Assembly: GCA_942491345.1 (NCBI GenBank)
Contig: CALOAN010000020.1
Location: 257,671 to 321,670, forward strand
Source: an uncultured actinomycete
Lineage (GTDB): Bacteria > Actinomycetota > Acidimicrobiia > Spongiisociales > UBA5794
DNA: 64,000 bases
Direction: 5' to 3'
This document shows positions 9,963 through 19,529 of this stretch, in pieces (the first letter of the stretch is position 1; every line of letters starts with the position of its first letter). The notes under the pieces were generated by a model. The model saw nothing but the letters and a program-made list of their open reading frames with translations, had not been told where the DNA came from and did no database searches. Position numbers and translations under genes: made by a program.

Positions 9963-11117
9963 GTGCGTTTGAGTCGAATCACAGCCGGAGTGGTCGGCGT
10001 CGGGTTCATCGGCGTCGCCCATATCGAGGCCCTCCGTCGCCTCGGAGTCGACGTGGCCGGGGTTGTCGGCTCGTCACCTGAGCGAGCACGAGCCAAGGCC
10101 GATGCAGCGGACCTGCCCGAGGTCTACCCAAGTGTGGAGGCGCTCGCGGACGATCCGGATATCGATGTTGTGCACATCGCGAGCCCGAACAACGTCCATG
10201 CGGATCAAGTACGAATGTGTCTTGCCGCGGGCAAACACGTGGTCTGCGAAAAACCGCTGGCGCTGACCTCGGCGGACGCTGCGGATCTGGTTGAGCGTGC
10301 CCGTGAGGCAGGCGTCGTCAACGCCGTTTGCTTCAACATCCGTTTCTATCCGCTCAACCATCAGATGGCCGCGATGGTGCGCTCAGGCGAGATCGGTGAG
10401 CCGCTGTTTGTGACCGGGAGCTACCTCCAGGACTGGCTGCTGCTCGAGACGGACTGGAACTGGCGCCTCGTTTCCGAGGAGGCTGGTCCGCTGCGGTCGG
10501 TTGCCGATATTGGATCCCACTGGCTCGATCTCGCTCGCTTCATCACCGGCAAGCGGGTTGTCGAGGTGATGGCCGACCTTCACACATTTGTCGCCGTGCG
10601 AAAGCACCCCGTAGGCCCTGTCGAGACGTTCGCGGCGACAACGGACGACGAGGAGCTGATCGAAGAAGAGATGTCGAGCGATGACGGTGCCGGGATCCTT
10701 CTCCGCTTCGAAGACGGCACACGAGGCACTTTGTCCATCGCCCAGACAGCGGCAGGTCGGAAGAACTCGGTTTCGATCGAGGTCGACGGCTCTGCGTCCG
10801 CGTTGTCGTGGTTCTCGGAGGACCCCGACCGCCTCTGGATCGGTCACCGGGGCAAGCCGAACGAGATCCTGCAGCGCGATCCGTCCATCCTGGCGCCCGA
10901 CGCCGCCCGCATCGTTGGCTATCCGGGCGGCCACGTCGAGGGCTACCCCGACACGTTCCGCGCACTCTTCAAAGAGGTCTATCAGGATGTGGCCAACGGG
11001 AGACCCGCGCCGGATCCGACCTATCCAACATTCGCCGATGGGCTCGATGCCCTGCTCGTAACCGAGGCGGTCGCCAGAAGCTCACAGGAGCAACGATGGA
11101 TCGCCGTTCAACGATGA
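9963..11117 (+). CDS. Gfo/Idh/MocA family oxidoreductase
   Basis: Rossmann N-terminus ITAGVVGVGFIGVAH and the EKP motif (VVCEKPLA). GTG at 9963 follows a GAGAGGAA RBS. The upstream part of track ORF 9861 overlaps the permease gene and looks non-coding. Confidence 0.85.
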   Translation: MRLSRITAGVVGVGFIGVAHIEALRRLGVDVAGVVGSSPERARAKADAADLPEVYPSVEALADDPDIDVVHIASPNNVHADQVRMCLAAGKHVVCEKPLALTSADAADLVERAREAGVVNAVCFNIRFYPLNHQMAAMVRSGEIGEPLFVTGSYLQDWLLLETDWNWRLVSEEAGPLRSVADIGSHWLDLARFITGKRVVEVMADLHTFVAVRKHPVGPVETFAATTDDEELIEEEMSSDDGAGILLRFEDGTRGTLSIAQTAAGRKNSVSIEVDGSASALSWFSEDPDRLWIGHRGKPNEILQRDPSILAPDAARIVGYPGGHVEGYPDTFRALFKEVYQDVANGRPAPDPTYPTFADGLDALLVTEAVARSSQEQRWIAVQR

Positions 11118-11127
11118 GGAGGAAGAA

Positions 11128-12042
11128 GTGAAGCTGGGTCTCTTGACCGCACCGTTCCCTGCCACCCCGCTCGATGCGGTGGCCGACTGGACCGCAGAAA
11201 ACGGGTTCACCACTATCGAGATAGCCTGCTGGCCGGCGTCAAGTGGCGACGCCCGGCGCTACGCAGGAACGAGTCACATCGACGTCGACGGATTGTCCGA
11301 CGCGCAGGCCGGCGAGATCGTCGACCGCATGAATTGGAAAGGTCTCGAGATCTCAGGTCTCGGCTACTACCCCAACCCGCTCCATCCCGATCTGGAGCAC
11401 TCCAGGATGGTGATCGACCACCTGAAGAAGGTGATTGTCGCCGCCGCGAAGATGCAGGTACCGGTGGTCAACACATTCATCGGTGCCGACCGTGCCCTCA
11501 CCCAGGAAGAGAACTGGGAGAAGGCTAAGCAAGTCTGGCCCGAGATCATCGCGGCCGCCGAGAACGAAGGCGTCAAGATCGCGATCGAGAACTGTCCGAT
11601 GATCTTCTCGAGCGATGAGTGGCCTGCCGGGCACAACCTGGCCTACAACCCAACGATCTGGCGTCGCATGTTCGACGAGTTCGGGGAGACGATCGGGCTC
11701 AACTTCGACCCGTCCCACCTGGTTTGGCTGATGATCGATATCGAGCGGGCCATACTGGAGTTCGGTGAACGTTTCTATCACTTCCAGGCCAAGGACGTGA
11801 TGATCGACTACGAGGGCCTCTACGAGAACGGGTCTCTCTCTTCGGGCATCGGGTGGCAGATTCCCCGTCTGCCCGGGCTGGGCCATGTCGACTGGGGCGT
11901 GGTCTTCTCCGCGCTCTACCGCGTTGGGTACGACGGGCCGATCATCATCGAGCACGAGGACCGTGGCTTCGAGGCCACCGATGAGTTGGTCAAGCGCGGC
12001 TTCCTGCTCGCCCGGGACGTGCTGGCACCCTACGTCCACTGA
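11128..12042 (+). CDS. Sugar phosphate isomerase/epimerase (xylose isomerase-like TIM barrel)
   Basis: 304 aa. IEIACWP, KIAIENCP and IIIEHED are consistent with the AP-endonuclease-2/xylose-isomerase-like barrel family. Confidence 0.8.
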   Translation: MKLGLLTAPFPATPLDAVADWTAENGFTTIEIACWPASSGDARRYAGTSHIDVDGLSDAQAGEIVDRMNWKGLEISGLGYYPNPLHPDLEHSRMVIDHLKKVIVAAAKMQVPVVNTFIGADRALTQEENWEKAKQVWPEIIAAAENEGVKIAIENCPMIFSSDEWPAGHNLAYNPTIWRRMFDEFGETIGLNFDPSHLVWLMIDIERAILEFGERFYHFQAKDVMIDYEGLYENGSLSSGIGWQIPRLPGLGHVDWGVVFSALYRVGYDGPIIIEHEDRGFEATDELVKRGFLLARDVLAPYVH

Positions 12043-12070
12043 TCGAGGAACCCGTAGAACTGCGGAACCA

Positions 12071-13396
12071 ATGAACATGCACGACTACGGACGGTTCGAC
12101 GTTGTTGTCGTCGGGTCTGGGGCCGCCGGGGCGAGCGCGACCATCGCCTCGGCTCGGGCCGGCGCGAACACGCTGCTGATCGAGAAGCTGCCGTTCCTTG
12201 GTGGCAACTCCACCGCCGTCCTCGACACGTTCTACGGCTTCTACACGCCCGGTGATCGGGCACTCAAGGTTGTGGGCGGCATCGGCGACGACGTGGTTGC
12301 GGGCCTGCGCCACATCGGCTCGGTCATGGAGCGGCCGAACACGTACGGTGCGGGAACCGGTGTCACGTATGTCGCTGAGGAGCTCAAGGTCGTGTGGGAA
12401 CGGCTCGTTGTCGAATCGGGCGCCGCGGTGTTGCTCCACGCATTTGTGCAAGACGTTGTGGTGAGCGACGGACGGATCACCGAGCTGATTGTCGCGACCA
12501 AGGCAGGCCTTCGCCGCATAGAGGCGTCGGTGGTCGTCGACGCCTCGGGGGACGCAGATGTCTGTCACCAGGCGGGATTCGGCTACGAGACTGCGGGATC
12601 GATCGACCCGGCACAAACACTCACGACGACGTTCCGCATGGCGAATGTCGACCACGAAGCTCGCGCCGAGATCGGCAAGGAGGGACTCCACGCTCTGATG
12701 GCCGAGGCCGCCGAATCGGGGGAGTACGACCTCCCGCGTCGTGAAGGCTCCGACCACATCACTCCAATACCCGGGGTGATCGCAACCGTGATGACACGTA
12801 TCGATCACGTCGAGGGTTCCGGCGACACGCTGCGCAACGCCACCGATCCGGAGATCCTCACCAGAGCCGAAATGGAAGGCCGTCGCCAGGCCGTCGAATA
12901 CGCCAGATTCCTCATCGACCGGGTCCCCGGCTACGAACATGCCGCCCTGGTGGCGCTGTCGAGCCAGATTGGACTGCGGGAGACTCGGCGCGTCTACGGG
13001 GACTACCGGCTCACGCGCGACGACGTGTTGACGGCCCGCCAGTTCGACGACCAGATCGGGCTTTGTGGTGCGCCGATCGAAGATCACCATGGCGGCGAGG
13101 GGACGGGGACCACCTGGCGTTACCTCCCGGACGGATCGGCGGTCGGCATTCCCCTCTCGACGCTCGTTGTGCGTGACGGTCTCAATGTGCTGGCTGCCGG
13201 GCGCTGCTTCTCAGCCAGCCACGACGCACAAGCGTCGGTTCGCTCGATGGCACAATGTATGGCGATGGGCCAGGCTGCCGGCACAACGGCCGCATTCGCC
13301 GTCGACCACGGCGGTTCCGTCCGAGACGCTCCGATTCCCAATGTCCAGGACCGTCTGGTCGCCGGCGGCGCAATTCTCGAAGTGCCGGCGACATGA
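12071..13396 (+). CDS. FAD-dependent oxidoreductase
   Basis: N-terminal dinucleotide fold FDVVVVGSGAAGASATIASARAGANTLLIEKLPFLGGNST. ATG at 12071 chosen; the upstream part of track ORF 11885 overlaps the previous gene. Confidence 0.8.
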   Translation: MNMHDYGRFDVVVVGSGAAGASATIASARAGANTLLIEKLPFLGGNSTAVLDTFYGFYTPGDRALKVVGGIGDDVVAGLRHIGSVMERPNTYGAGTGVTYVAEELKVVWERLVVESGAAVLLHAFVQDVVVSDGRITELIVATKAGLRRIEASVVVDASGDADVCHQAGFGYETAGSIDPAQTLTTTFRMANVDHEARAEIGKEGLHALMAEAAESGEYDLPRREGSDHITPIPGVIATVMTRIDHVEGSGDTLRNATDPEILTRAEMEGRRQAVEYARFLIDRVPGYEHAALVALSSQIGLRETRRVYGDYRLTRDDVLTARQFDDQIGLCGAPIEDHHGGEGTGTTWRYLPDGSAVGIPLSTLVVRDGLNVLAAGRCFSASHDAQASVRSMAQCMAMGQAAGTTAAFAVDHGGSVRDAPIPNVQDRLVAGGAILEVPAT

Positions 13397-14370
13397 CTGC
13401 GTCTGTTCGTACCGTGCTCGGCGATGTCAACTCGGCAGATCTGGGGATCACCTACATCCACGAGCACCTGATCATCGACTCGCCGCTCATCGTCGATCGA
13501 TGGCCCCACATCCTCCTGACAGATGTTGGCGACGCCGTGCGTGAACTCGAAACGTGCTCGGCGGCTGGTGTCGGCACGATCGTCGATGCGATGCCGGCAG
13601 CATCGGGACGCGACCCGATCCGGCTGGCAGAGATCAGCCGGCTGAGCGGACTCCATGTTGTTGCCTGCACGGGCCTCCACACGTCGAAGTACTACGAGGG
13701 TCAGCGTTGGACATCAGAAGAACCGCCGGAGGTGCTCGCGGATCTCTTCGTTGCCGACGTGCTCGAAGGGATCGATCGCTACGACTACATGGGCCCGGTG
13801 GTGAGGCGAACCACGCACCGCGCAGGGATTCTGAAGGTCGCCGTCCTCGAAGATGCCCCGACGGCTCGTGACGTCCGAGTCTTTGAAGCGGCCGCCCGTG
13901 CGCACGAAGCAACCAGGGTGCCGATCCTCACACATTGTGAGGGGGGGCGCGGCGCCATGGCACAGGTCGAATTGCTCGACCGACTCGGTGTTCCACTGGA
14001 TCGAGTCGTGATCTCACACACCGACAAGGTGAATGATCTGGCATATCACCGAGATCTGCTGGCCACTGGTGTGTACCTCGAATACGACCAAGCGTCACGG
14101 CAGGGAGAAGGATCCGTCGACCAGACCGCTCGGATCGTTGCCGCAATGGTCGAAGAGGGCCACACCGCACGGATCATGCTCTCGAGCGATGCCGCGCGCC
14201 GATCGATGTGGACCGTCCACGGCGGTCTCGGCCTCGTATGGCTCGCTACCCGCTTCGTCGAGATTCTCGACGACCTTGGAGTGGACCGGGAGGCGATCGA
14301 GAAAATGCTGAGAGTGAACCCGGCACGGTTCCTCGCGTTCGAGGCGCCCAGTCCTGCTGCCGGGCTCTGA
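13393..14370 (+). CDS. Phosphotriesterase-homology protein (amidohydrolase-fold, lactonase-like)
   Basis: GITYIHEHLIID (HxH metal motif), ILKVAV, ILTHCEGG and ISHTD fit the PTE/PHP family. ATGA overlap with the preceding gene. Confidence 0.8.
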   Translation: MTASVRTVLGDVNSADLGITYIHEHLIIDSPLIVDRWPHILLTDVGDAVRELETCSAAGVGTIVDAMPAASGRDPIRLAEISRLSGLHVVACTGLHTSKYYEGQRWTSEEPPEVLADLFVADVLEGIDRYDYMGPVVRRTTHRAGILKVAVLEDAPTARDVRVFEAAARAHEATRVPILTHCEGGRGAMAQVELLDRLGVPLDRVVISHTDKVNDLAYHRDLLATGVYLEYDQASRQGEGSVDQTARIVAAMVEEGHTARIMLSSDAARRSMWTVHGGLGLVWLATRFVEILDDLGVDREAIEKMLRVNPARFLAFEAPSPAAGL

Positions 14371-14429
14371 TGGGTCACCCGCCGTGCCTTGCGGTTGGTA
14401 GCGAGACCCGAGACATGAGACACGAGACT

Positions 14430-14490
14430 GTCTCAAGTCTCAAGTCTCAAGTCTCAAGTCTCAAGTCTCAAGTCTCAAGTCTCAAGTCTC
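14430..14490. repeat. Heptanucleotide microsatellite (GTCTCAA) x8 plus one degenerate copy
   Basis: Eight perfect head-to-tail copies at 14430-14485, followed by GTCTCTT. Lies in the gap between convergent stop codons (14370 and 14495). Confidence 0.95.
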
Positions 14491-14494
14491 TTGT

Positions 14495-15193
14495 CTACTT
14501 GCCCGCTGCTGCTCGGTCTGCGAAGACCGTCGCGTTCGGATGCTCTTGGAGGTACGTGGCGGGGAGGTCGGGACCGATCGGGCCGTTCAGGGCTCGGTCG
14601 AGGATCCCGGCCTTGTGGGAGCCGGCGACGAGCAGCCACACCTCCTCCGATTCGAGAATCGCCTGCATCCCGAGAGTCATCCCCCACTTCGGTTCAGCTC
14701 CCGCGCCGTAACGGCTTGCTGCATCGATGGTTGAAGGTGCAAGGCGGGTCACCCTTGTCGGTGCGTCGGCAGGGGTGCCTGGCTCGTTCAGCCCGAGGTG
14801 CCCGTTCCCGCCGAGACCGAGCATGGTGAGGTCCAACCCACCGTCAGCGACGAGCGTCGCAAACCGACGACACTCGGCATCCGGATCGGGAACCCCGGGG
14901 TCGAGACCGTGAACGGCCTTCGGTTGATGTGTCAGCAGATCGAGGAGGTCGCGCTGGATCATCATGTCACAGCGCGCCGGATTGCCCGGCGGCAGGTCGA
15001 ACTCATCGAGGATGAACACCGTGGCTGCGTCGAGATCCATCACCGAGGCGGCGACTGCGTACATCGGTCGCGGCGTCTCGCCGGTGGGCAGACAGAGCCT
15101 TGCAGCGGGATTTCGTTGCATCGCCAAAGCCCACCGTTGAGCCACACGGGCGGCCCACTGGTCGTCGTCAAAGATCTCCAGCCGGATGGTCAC
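14495..15193 (-). CDS. nagB: Glucosamine-6-phosphate deaminase family protein
   Basis: 232 aa. [33 protein letters not shown] and LLVAGSHKA align with the NagB/6-phosphogluconolactonase family, NagB-like. Confidence 0.75.
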   Translation of the reverse strand: MTIRLEIFDDDQWAARVAQRWALAMQRNPAARLCLPTGETPRPMYAVAASVMDLDAATVFILDEFDLPPGNPARCDMMIQRDLLDLLTHQPKAVHGLDPGVPDPDAECRRFATLVADGGLDLTMLGLGGNGHLGLNEPGTPADAPTRVTRLAPSTIDAASRYGAGAEPKWGMTLGMQAILESEEVWLLVAGSHKAGILDRALNGPIGPDLPATYLQEHPNATVFADRAAAGK

Positions 15194-16386
15194 GCGTCGG
15201 TGACGATGTCGAACACGGCGCCGGTGTCCTTGTCGGACAGCATCATCTTGACGCGGCCGTCGGGAAGGATCTCATCCTTGATGATCGCATGGCCGTCGTG
15301 GAGTCGAACGTCCTTGGCAATTCGCGGAGTTGCCTTGCCGCGCCACTCGACCTCGACCGGCTCCCACTGCTTGCTCGCTGCAGACCGATAGGCGGCGTCC
15401 ATCACCGCGTTCACGACATACCCGTCGTAGAACGTCTCACGGGGCTCCGTGCCGGCGTCGATCGCGTTGAACATGTCGGTGAACATGTGGACGTAGCCGA
15501 GTTCAGTGACCTCGTCCCCAACGGGGAACATCCAGCCTTCTGTGGACTCGAGCTTCTCAGCGACGTAGCCGCTTCCGCCCCCGGATGAGTACATCTCGAA
15601 CCCGGTGCGCAGGAAGTTGTTGGTCCAGATCGTGCCCTCGGTACCGGCTACTTCGTCACGAAGATCCATACCGCCGCGGAACGACCAGCTCACCTCGAAC
15701 TGGCCCAGCGCTCCCGACTCGAATCGGATGAGCACCACCGCGTTGTCCTCGGCCTCGATCGGGTGCACGAGGGTATCGGCCCACGCCATGACCTCGATCG
15801 GTCGATTGTCCTTTCCGACGTAGCTGCGGATGATCTCGATGCAGTGACAGCCGAGATCCACGATGGCGCCCCCACCTGCTTTCTCCTTGTCCCAGAACCA
15901 TGCACTGTGCGGACCTGGATGGGTTTCTCTCGACCGCACCCACGTGATATCGCCGATCGTTCCCGATTCCACGGACGCGAGTGCCTTGAGCGTCTTCGGG
16001 GTGTAGACGAGATCTTCGAGGTATCCACCGAATACACCGGCCGCCTCGACACGGTCGAGGATGCGCTTCGCTTCGTCGGCGTTGCGCGCAAGCGGCTTCG
16101 TGCAGAGCACCGGTTTCCCCGCATCGACGATGAGGTCGATGACCTCCTCATGGAGGAAGTTCGGCAGCGCAACCACGACAACATCCGTGTCGGGATGGTT
16201 GATCGCATCTTGGAGCGAGGTGGTGGATACGGGGATATCCCACCGTTCGGCGAATGCCCTGCCGCGTTCCTCTGATCGTGAGTAAACGACCTCAACACGG
16301 TCACGCCCGCGTTGACCGTGCAGGGTCATCGTGTAGAAGTCTCCGATGAGACCCGTTCCGAGCATGGTGATCGAGTGTGCGCTCAT
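15190..16386 (-). CDS. Gfo/Idh/MocA family oxidoreductase
   Basis: 398 aa. [13 protein letters not shown] Rossmann start and the LCTKPLA (EKP-type) motif. 4-nt overlap with nagB. Confidence 0.85.
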   Translation of the reverse strand: MSAHSITMLGTGLIGDFYTMTLHGQRGRDRVEVVYSRSEERGRAFAERWDIPVSTTSLQDAINHPDTDVVVVALPNFLHEEVIDLIVDAGKPVLCTKPLARNADEAKRILDRVEAAGVFGGYLEDLVYTPKTLKALASVESGTIGDITWVRSRETHPGPHSAWFWDKEKAGGGAIVDLGCHCIEIIRSYVGKDNRPIEVMAWADTLVHPIEAEDNAVVLIRFESGALGQFEVSWSFRGGMDLRDEVAGTEGTIWTNNFLRTGFEMYSSGGGSGYVAEKLESTEGWMFPVGDEVTELGYVHMFTDMFNAIDAGTEPRETFYDGYVVNAVMDAAYRSAASKQWEPVEVEWRGKATPRIAKDVRLHDGHAIIKDEILPDGRVKMMLSDKDTGAVFDIVTDA

Positions 16387-16412
16387 GACGCTCTCCTCCT
16401 GAGATCGCGAGG

Positions 16413-16424
16413 TTGTATAGCCAA
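16413..16424. promoter_or_regulatory. dre-like site TTGTATAGCCAA upstream of the Gfo/Idh/MocA-nagB operon
   Basis: 10/12 identity to the perfect palindrome at 485-496. Lies 27 nt upstream of the start codon at 16386 (minus strand). Confidence 0.35.
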
Positions 16425-16449
16425 CTTAGTCGATCGTTGAAGCGTGGTG

Positions 16450-17544
16450 TCAGCCGACGAACGACTCGACCCCTCCGACCAGGGTCCGGGTCACTTGGAA
16501 CGAGTCGTCGAGGATGCACACATCGGCGGGAGCTCCCGGTTCGAGGCGACCAAGATCGTCCCGGCGCATGAGCGTGGCGGGAGCTGATGTTGCCGCTGCG
16601 ATTGCTCGTGACGGCTCGTACCCGAGTGCCATCATGTTCCTCACGGCCTGGTCCATGGTGAGCGAGCTTCCCGCGAGTGTGCCGTTCTCGAGGCGACAAG
16701 CGCCGTCCTTCAGGATCACCGTTCGGTCGCCGAGGACGTACGCACCGTCGGGTCTCCCCGCCGCTGCGATTGCGTCGGTGATCAAGACAAACCGATCGCC
16801 GGCGGCATTGGCGGCCAGCATTGTCGCCTCGGGCGCCAGGTGGATGCCGTCGACGATTGCCGTGATGAACACGTCGTCTCGAACGAGGGCGACCCCGCTG
16901 ATCCCCGGGTCCCGGTGTTTCCAGGGACGCTGGGCCCCGAAGATATGGGTCACGGATCGGGCACCCCGATCGAATGCCGCATGAGCCGTTGTCGCGTCGG
17001 CGTCGGTGTGGCCGAGGGCTACGACGACGCCGGCCGCGGCCAGGAATTCGATCAGGTCGAGAGCACCGGGTAGCTCGGGGGCGATCGTCGCATAGGTGAA
17101 TGGACCCGCCTCGAGGAACTGGCTCGCGAGGATCGGGTCGGGTTCGACCATGTTCTCCGGGTCGTGAGCTCCGCAGCGGATCGGGGCGAGGAATGGACCC
17201 TCGAGGTGTATGCCGATGATGCGAGCGCTCGCGATCACCATCGTTCGCGCCTGGCGGAGCGTCGTGAAGTAGTCGGTGGGAGGCAGCGAGATCAGCGTCG
17301 GCTGGAAAGCAGTCACCCCGGTCGCGGCCAGCTTCTCCGCAACGTGTTCGTACTCGGCCGGGTCGGCGGTCGTGAAGTCGACCCCGTCAAACCCGTTGAT
17401 CTGCACGTCAACGAACCCCGGTGCGGCAAGTCCGGTCGAGCCGGCCGGGGCCACGCCGACCGATGCAACACGGCCGTCTTGCACCGTGACGTCGCCGTCC
17501 ACAATGCGACCACGAACGAGCGCCTGTTTGACTCCGAGCCTCAC
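16450..17544 (-). CDS. nagA: N-acetylglucosamine-6-phosphate deacetylase
   Basis: GFVDVQINGFDGVDF, IHLEGPF and ALGHTDA motifs. GTG at 17544 follows a GAGGAAGG RBS. The track ORF opens at 17613. Confidence 0.85.
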   Translation of the reverse strand: MRLGVKQALVRGRIVDGDVTVQDGRVASVGVAPAGSTGLAAPGFVDVQINGFDGVDFTTADPAEYEHVAEKLAATGVTAFQPTLISLPPTDYFTTLRQARTMVIASARIIGIHLEGPFLAPIRCGAHDPENMVEPDPILASQFLEAGPFTYATIAPELPGALDLIEFLAAAGVVVALGHTDADATTAHAAFDRGARSVTHIFGAQRPWKHRDPGISGVALVRDDVFITAIVDGIHLAPEATMLAANAAGDRFVLITDAIAAAGRPDGAYVLGDRTVILKDGACRLENGTLAGSSLTMDQAVRNMMALGYEPSRAIAAATSAPATLMRRDDLGRLEPGAPADVCILDDSFQVTRTLVGGVESFVG

Positions 17545-17706
17545 TGCCACCTTCCTCAACCCGTCGCAGCGTAGCGCCGCATGCTCGAGCCCCGGGCGCC
17601 CGAGGTACGGCACCTACGGGCTACAGGCTGCGGACTTCGGAGTACCGCCCGCGAGACGTCAATGGACTACGCCCCCGGCGCAGCCCGACGCGCGTAGGAT
17701 TGCCCG

Positions 17707-19044
17707 ATGGCGACTGCTCCAACGATGCCTGATGTCGCGCGTGCGCTGGTTCGCCGCTACTACACCTACGCCGGGATCTACACACTCGCCGCCTCGATCA
17801 TCTGGGGTATCAACACCCTCTTCCTGCTCGACGCCGGACTCTCGGTGGCCGAAGTCTTCTTCGCCAATGCCGCCTTCTCGGTCGGAACGGTGTTGTTCGA
17901 GATCCCGACAGGCGTCGTTGCCGACACCGTCGGCCGTCGCGCTTCGTTCCTTCTGTCGGTGCTGGTGCTCGCTGGAGCGACGTTCGCCTACGTGGCGCTT
18001 GCCGCGATCGGTGGCGGAGTGGTCGCCTTCGCTGGCGTGTCGGTGCTCCTGGGTCTTGGGTATACGTTCTACTCAGGAGCGATGGAGGCGTGGCTCGTCG
18101 ACGGAGTTCGAGGTCTGGGCTACGACGGTCCCATGGATCGTGTCTTCGCGACCGGCCAGATGATTGGCGGAGCGGCGATGCTGATCGGCACCGTGGGCGG
18201 AGGTGTGCTCGGCCAGATCGACCTTGCGATTCCCTTCGTCGCGCGGTCGCTGCTCCTTCTGCTGCTCTTCGTCCTCGCGTACTTCGGGATGCACGACATC
18301 GGTTTCCAGCCGAAACCTGTCACGTGGCGCACTCTTCCTGCGGAGGCGAACGCCGTCGCAGCGGCAGGCGTCAAGTTCGGATGGCGTAATCGCCCTCTCC
18401 GTCTGATCATGATCGCGGGAGCCATCCAGGGCGGCGTATTCATGTGGGCCTGGTATGCCTGGCAGCCCTACTTCCTGGAGCTCCTGGCTCGCGACGCGGT
18501 ATGGGTCGCAGGGGTGGTTGCGGCGCTTCTGGCGGTCGCGATGATCATTGGGAACAGCCTCGTGCAGCTGATCACCCGGTTCTGCGGCCGACGGACGACG
18601 ATCCTCCTCTGGACTGCCGTGGCATTCTCACTCACGTCGATCGGGGTTGGTTGGGCGACGAGTTTTCCGCTTGCCCTCGCGTTCCTGCTCGTCGGCTCTG
18701 TTGCGATGGGTGTCCAGATGCCGGTGCGTCAGGCCTTTATCCACGGCATGGTCCCGTCGGCTGAGCGGGCGACGGTGGTCTCCTTCGACTCGATGATCGG
18801 CGGTATCGGTGCGGTGGGCGGGCAGGCGGGGCTTGGCCTCTACTCCGAGCGCCAGTCGTACTCGGCGGCCTACGTGGCCGGCGGCGTCATCACACTCGCC
18901 GCGTTCCCGATCATGTGGCTGGTGCGTCGGAGCGACACCCCGTCAGACTTCTTCGAAGGCAAGGCGTCACCTGAGCCGGGGGCGTGCGTGCCGAAGGGGC
19001 TTCCGACGATCGCCGCCGTGGAGACATCGGTGGACCGCAGCTGA
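17707..19044 (+). CDS. MFS transporter
   Basis: 445 aa, about 12 hydrophobic segments. The loop motif VADTVGRR is typical of the MFS. Confidence 0.85.
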   Translation: MATAPTMPDVARALVRRYYTYAGIYTLAASIIWGINTLFLLDAGLSVAEVFFANAAFSVGTVLFEIPTGVVADTVGRRASFLLSVLVLAGATFAYVALAAIGGGVVAFAGVSVLLGLGYTFYSGAMEAWLVDGVRGLGYDGPMDRVFATGQMIGGAAMLIGTVGGGVLGQIDLAIPFVARSLLLLLLFVLAYFGMHDIGFQPKPVTWRTLPAEANAVAAAGVKFGWRNRPLRLIMIAGAIQGGVFMWAWYAWQPYFLELLARDAVWVAGVVAALLAVAMIIGNSLVQLITRFCGRRTTILLWTAVAFSLTSIGVGWATSFPLALAFLLVGSVAMGVQMPVRQAFIHGMVPSAERATVVSFDSMIGGIGAVGGQAGLGLYSERQSYSAAYVAGGVITLAAFPIMWLVRRSDTPSDFFEGKASPEPGACVPKGLPTIAAVETSVDRS

Positions 19045-19244
19045 GAGGACCTGCAGGCCGATCCACGTGGGTAGGCAACCGCTGAATCGATCGACCAGCC
19101 CCCGTAGCTCACACGCGAGCTGTCCGGTGGACGTCCAAGCCGCGAACCGGTGCGAGACGGTTCTCGGCCTTTCGCCGGGAGATCGAAGACCGCCCGCGCA
19201 GCCATACCCATTGACTTCGACCCTGCGATCGGTACGTTTCGAGC

Positions 19245-19529
19245 ATGGATGTTCAGAGCCGCCAACACGAACTTCGCCACCTGCTCAGTGCCACCGGACG
19301 AGCCCACCATTCCGTCTACGGTGGTCCGAACCCCGGATGGTCGCGTTGGTATGCCGAACACATGTATGGCCAGGGCCTGCGACTGCTTGAATCGAACCCG
19401 TCCGTCGACACGCTCCAGGAGTGGCTCGTCCGAGCTGATGAGCGCTACCGAGCCGAAGCGCCGGAAGGGTCGTGGCCCGGCGCCTACGCCACCTGGATCC
19501 TCGAGTGGGACGAGACGGCCGTCAGCTAG
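19245..19529 (+). CDS. Small hypothetical protein with a Trp-rich WxxWYAEHM-type motif
   Basis: 94 aa. Reasonable codon bias. The motif GWSRWYAEHMYGQ resembles a motif I recall in small actinobacterial proteins. No search possible. Confidence 0.4.
   Translation: MDVQSRQHELRHLLSATGRAHHSVYGGPNPGWSRWYAEHMYGQGLRLLESNPSVDTLQEWLVRADERYRAEAPEGSWPGAYATWILEWDETAVS

Noticed and set aside
14430-14490. Possibility that the tandem repeats (this one and 46019-46195) are CRISPR arrays.
   Set aside because: The units are directly adjacent with no unique spacers. Unit sizes (7 bp, or 66 bp in coding sequence) and the absence of cas genes do not fit CRISPR.
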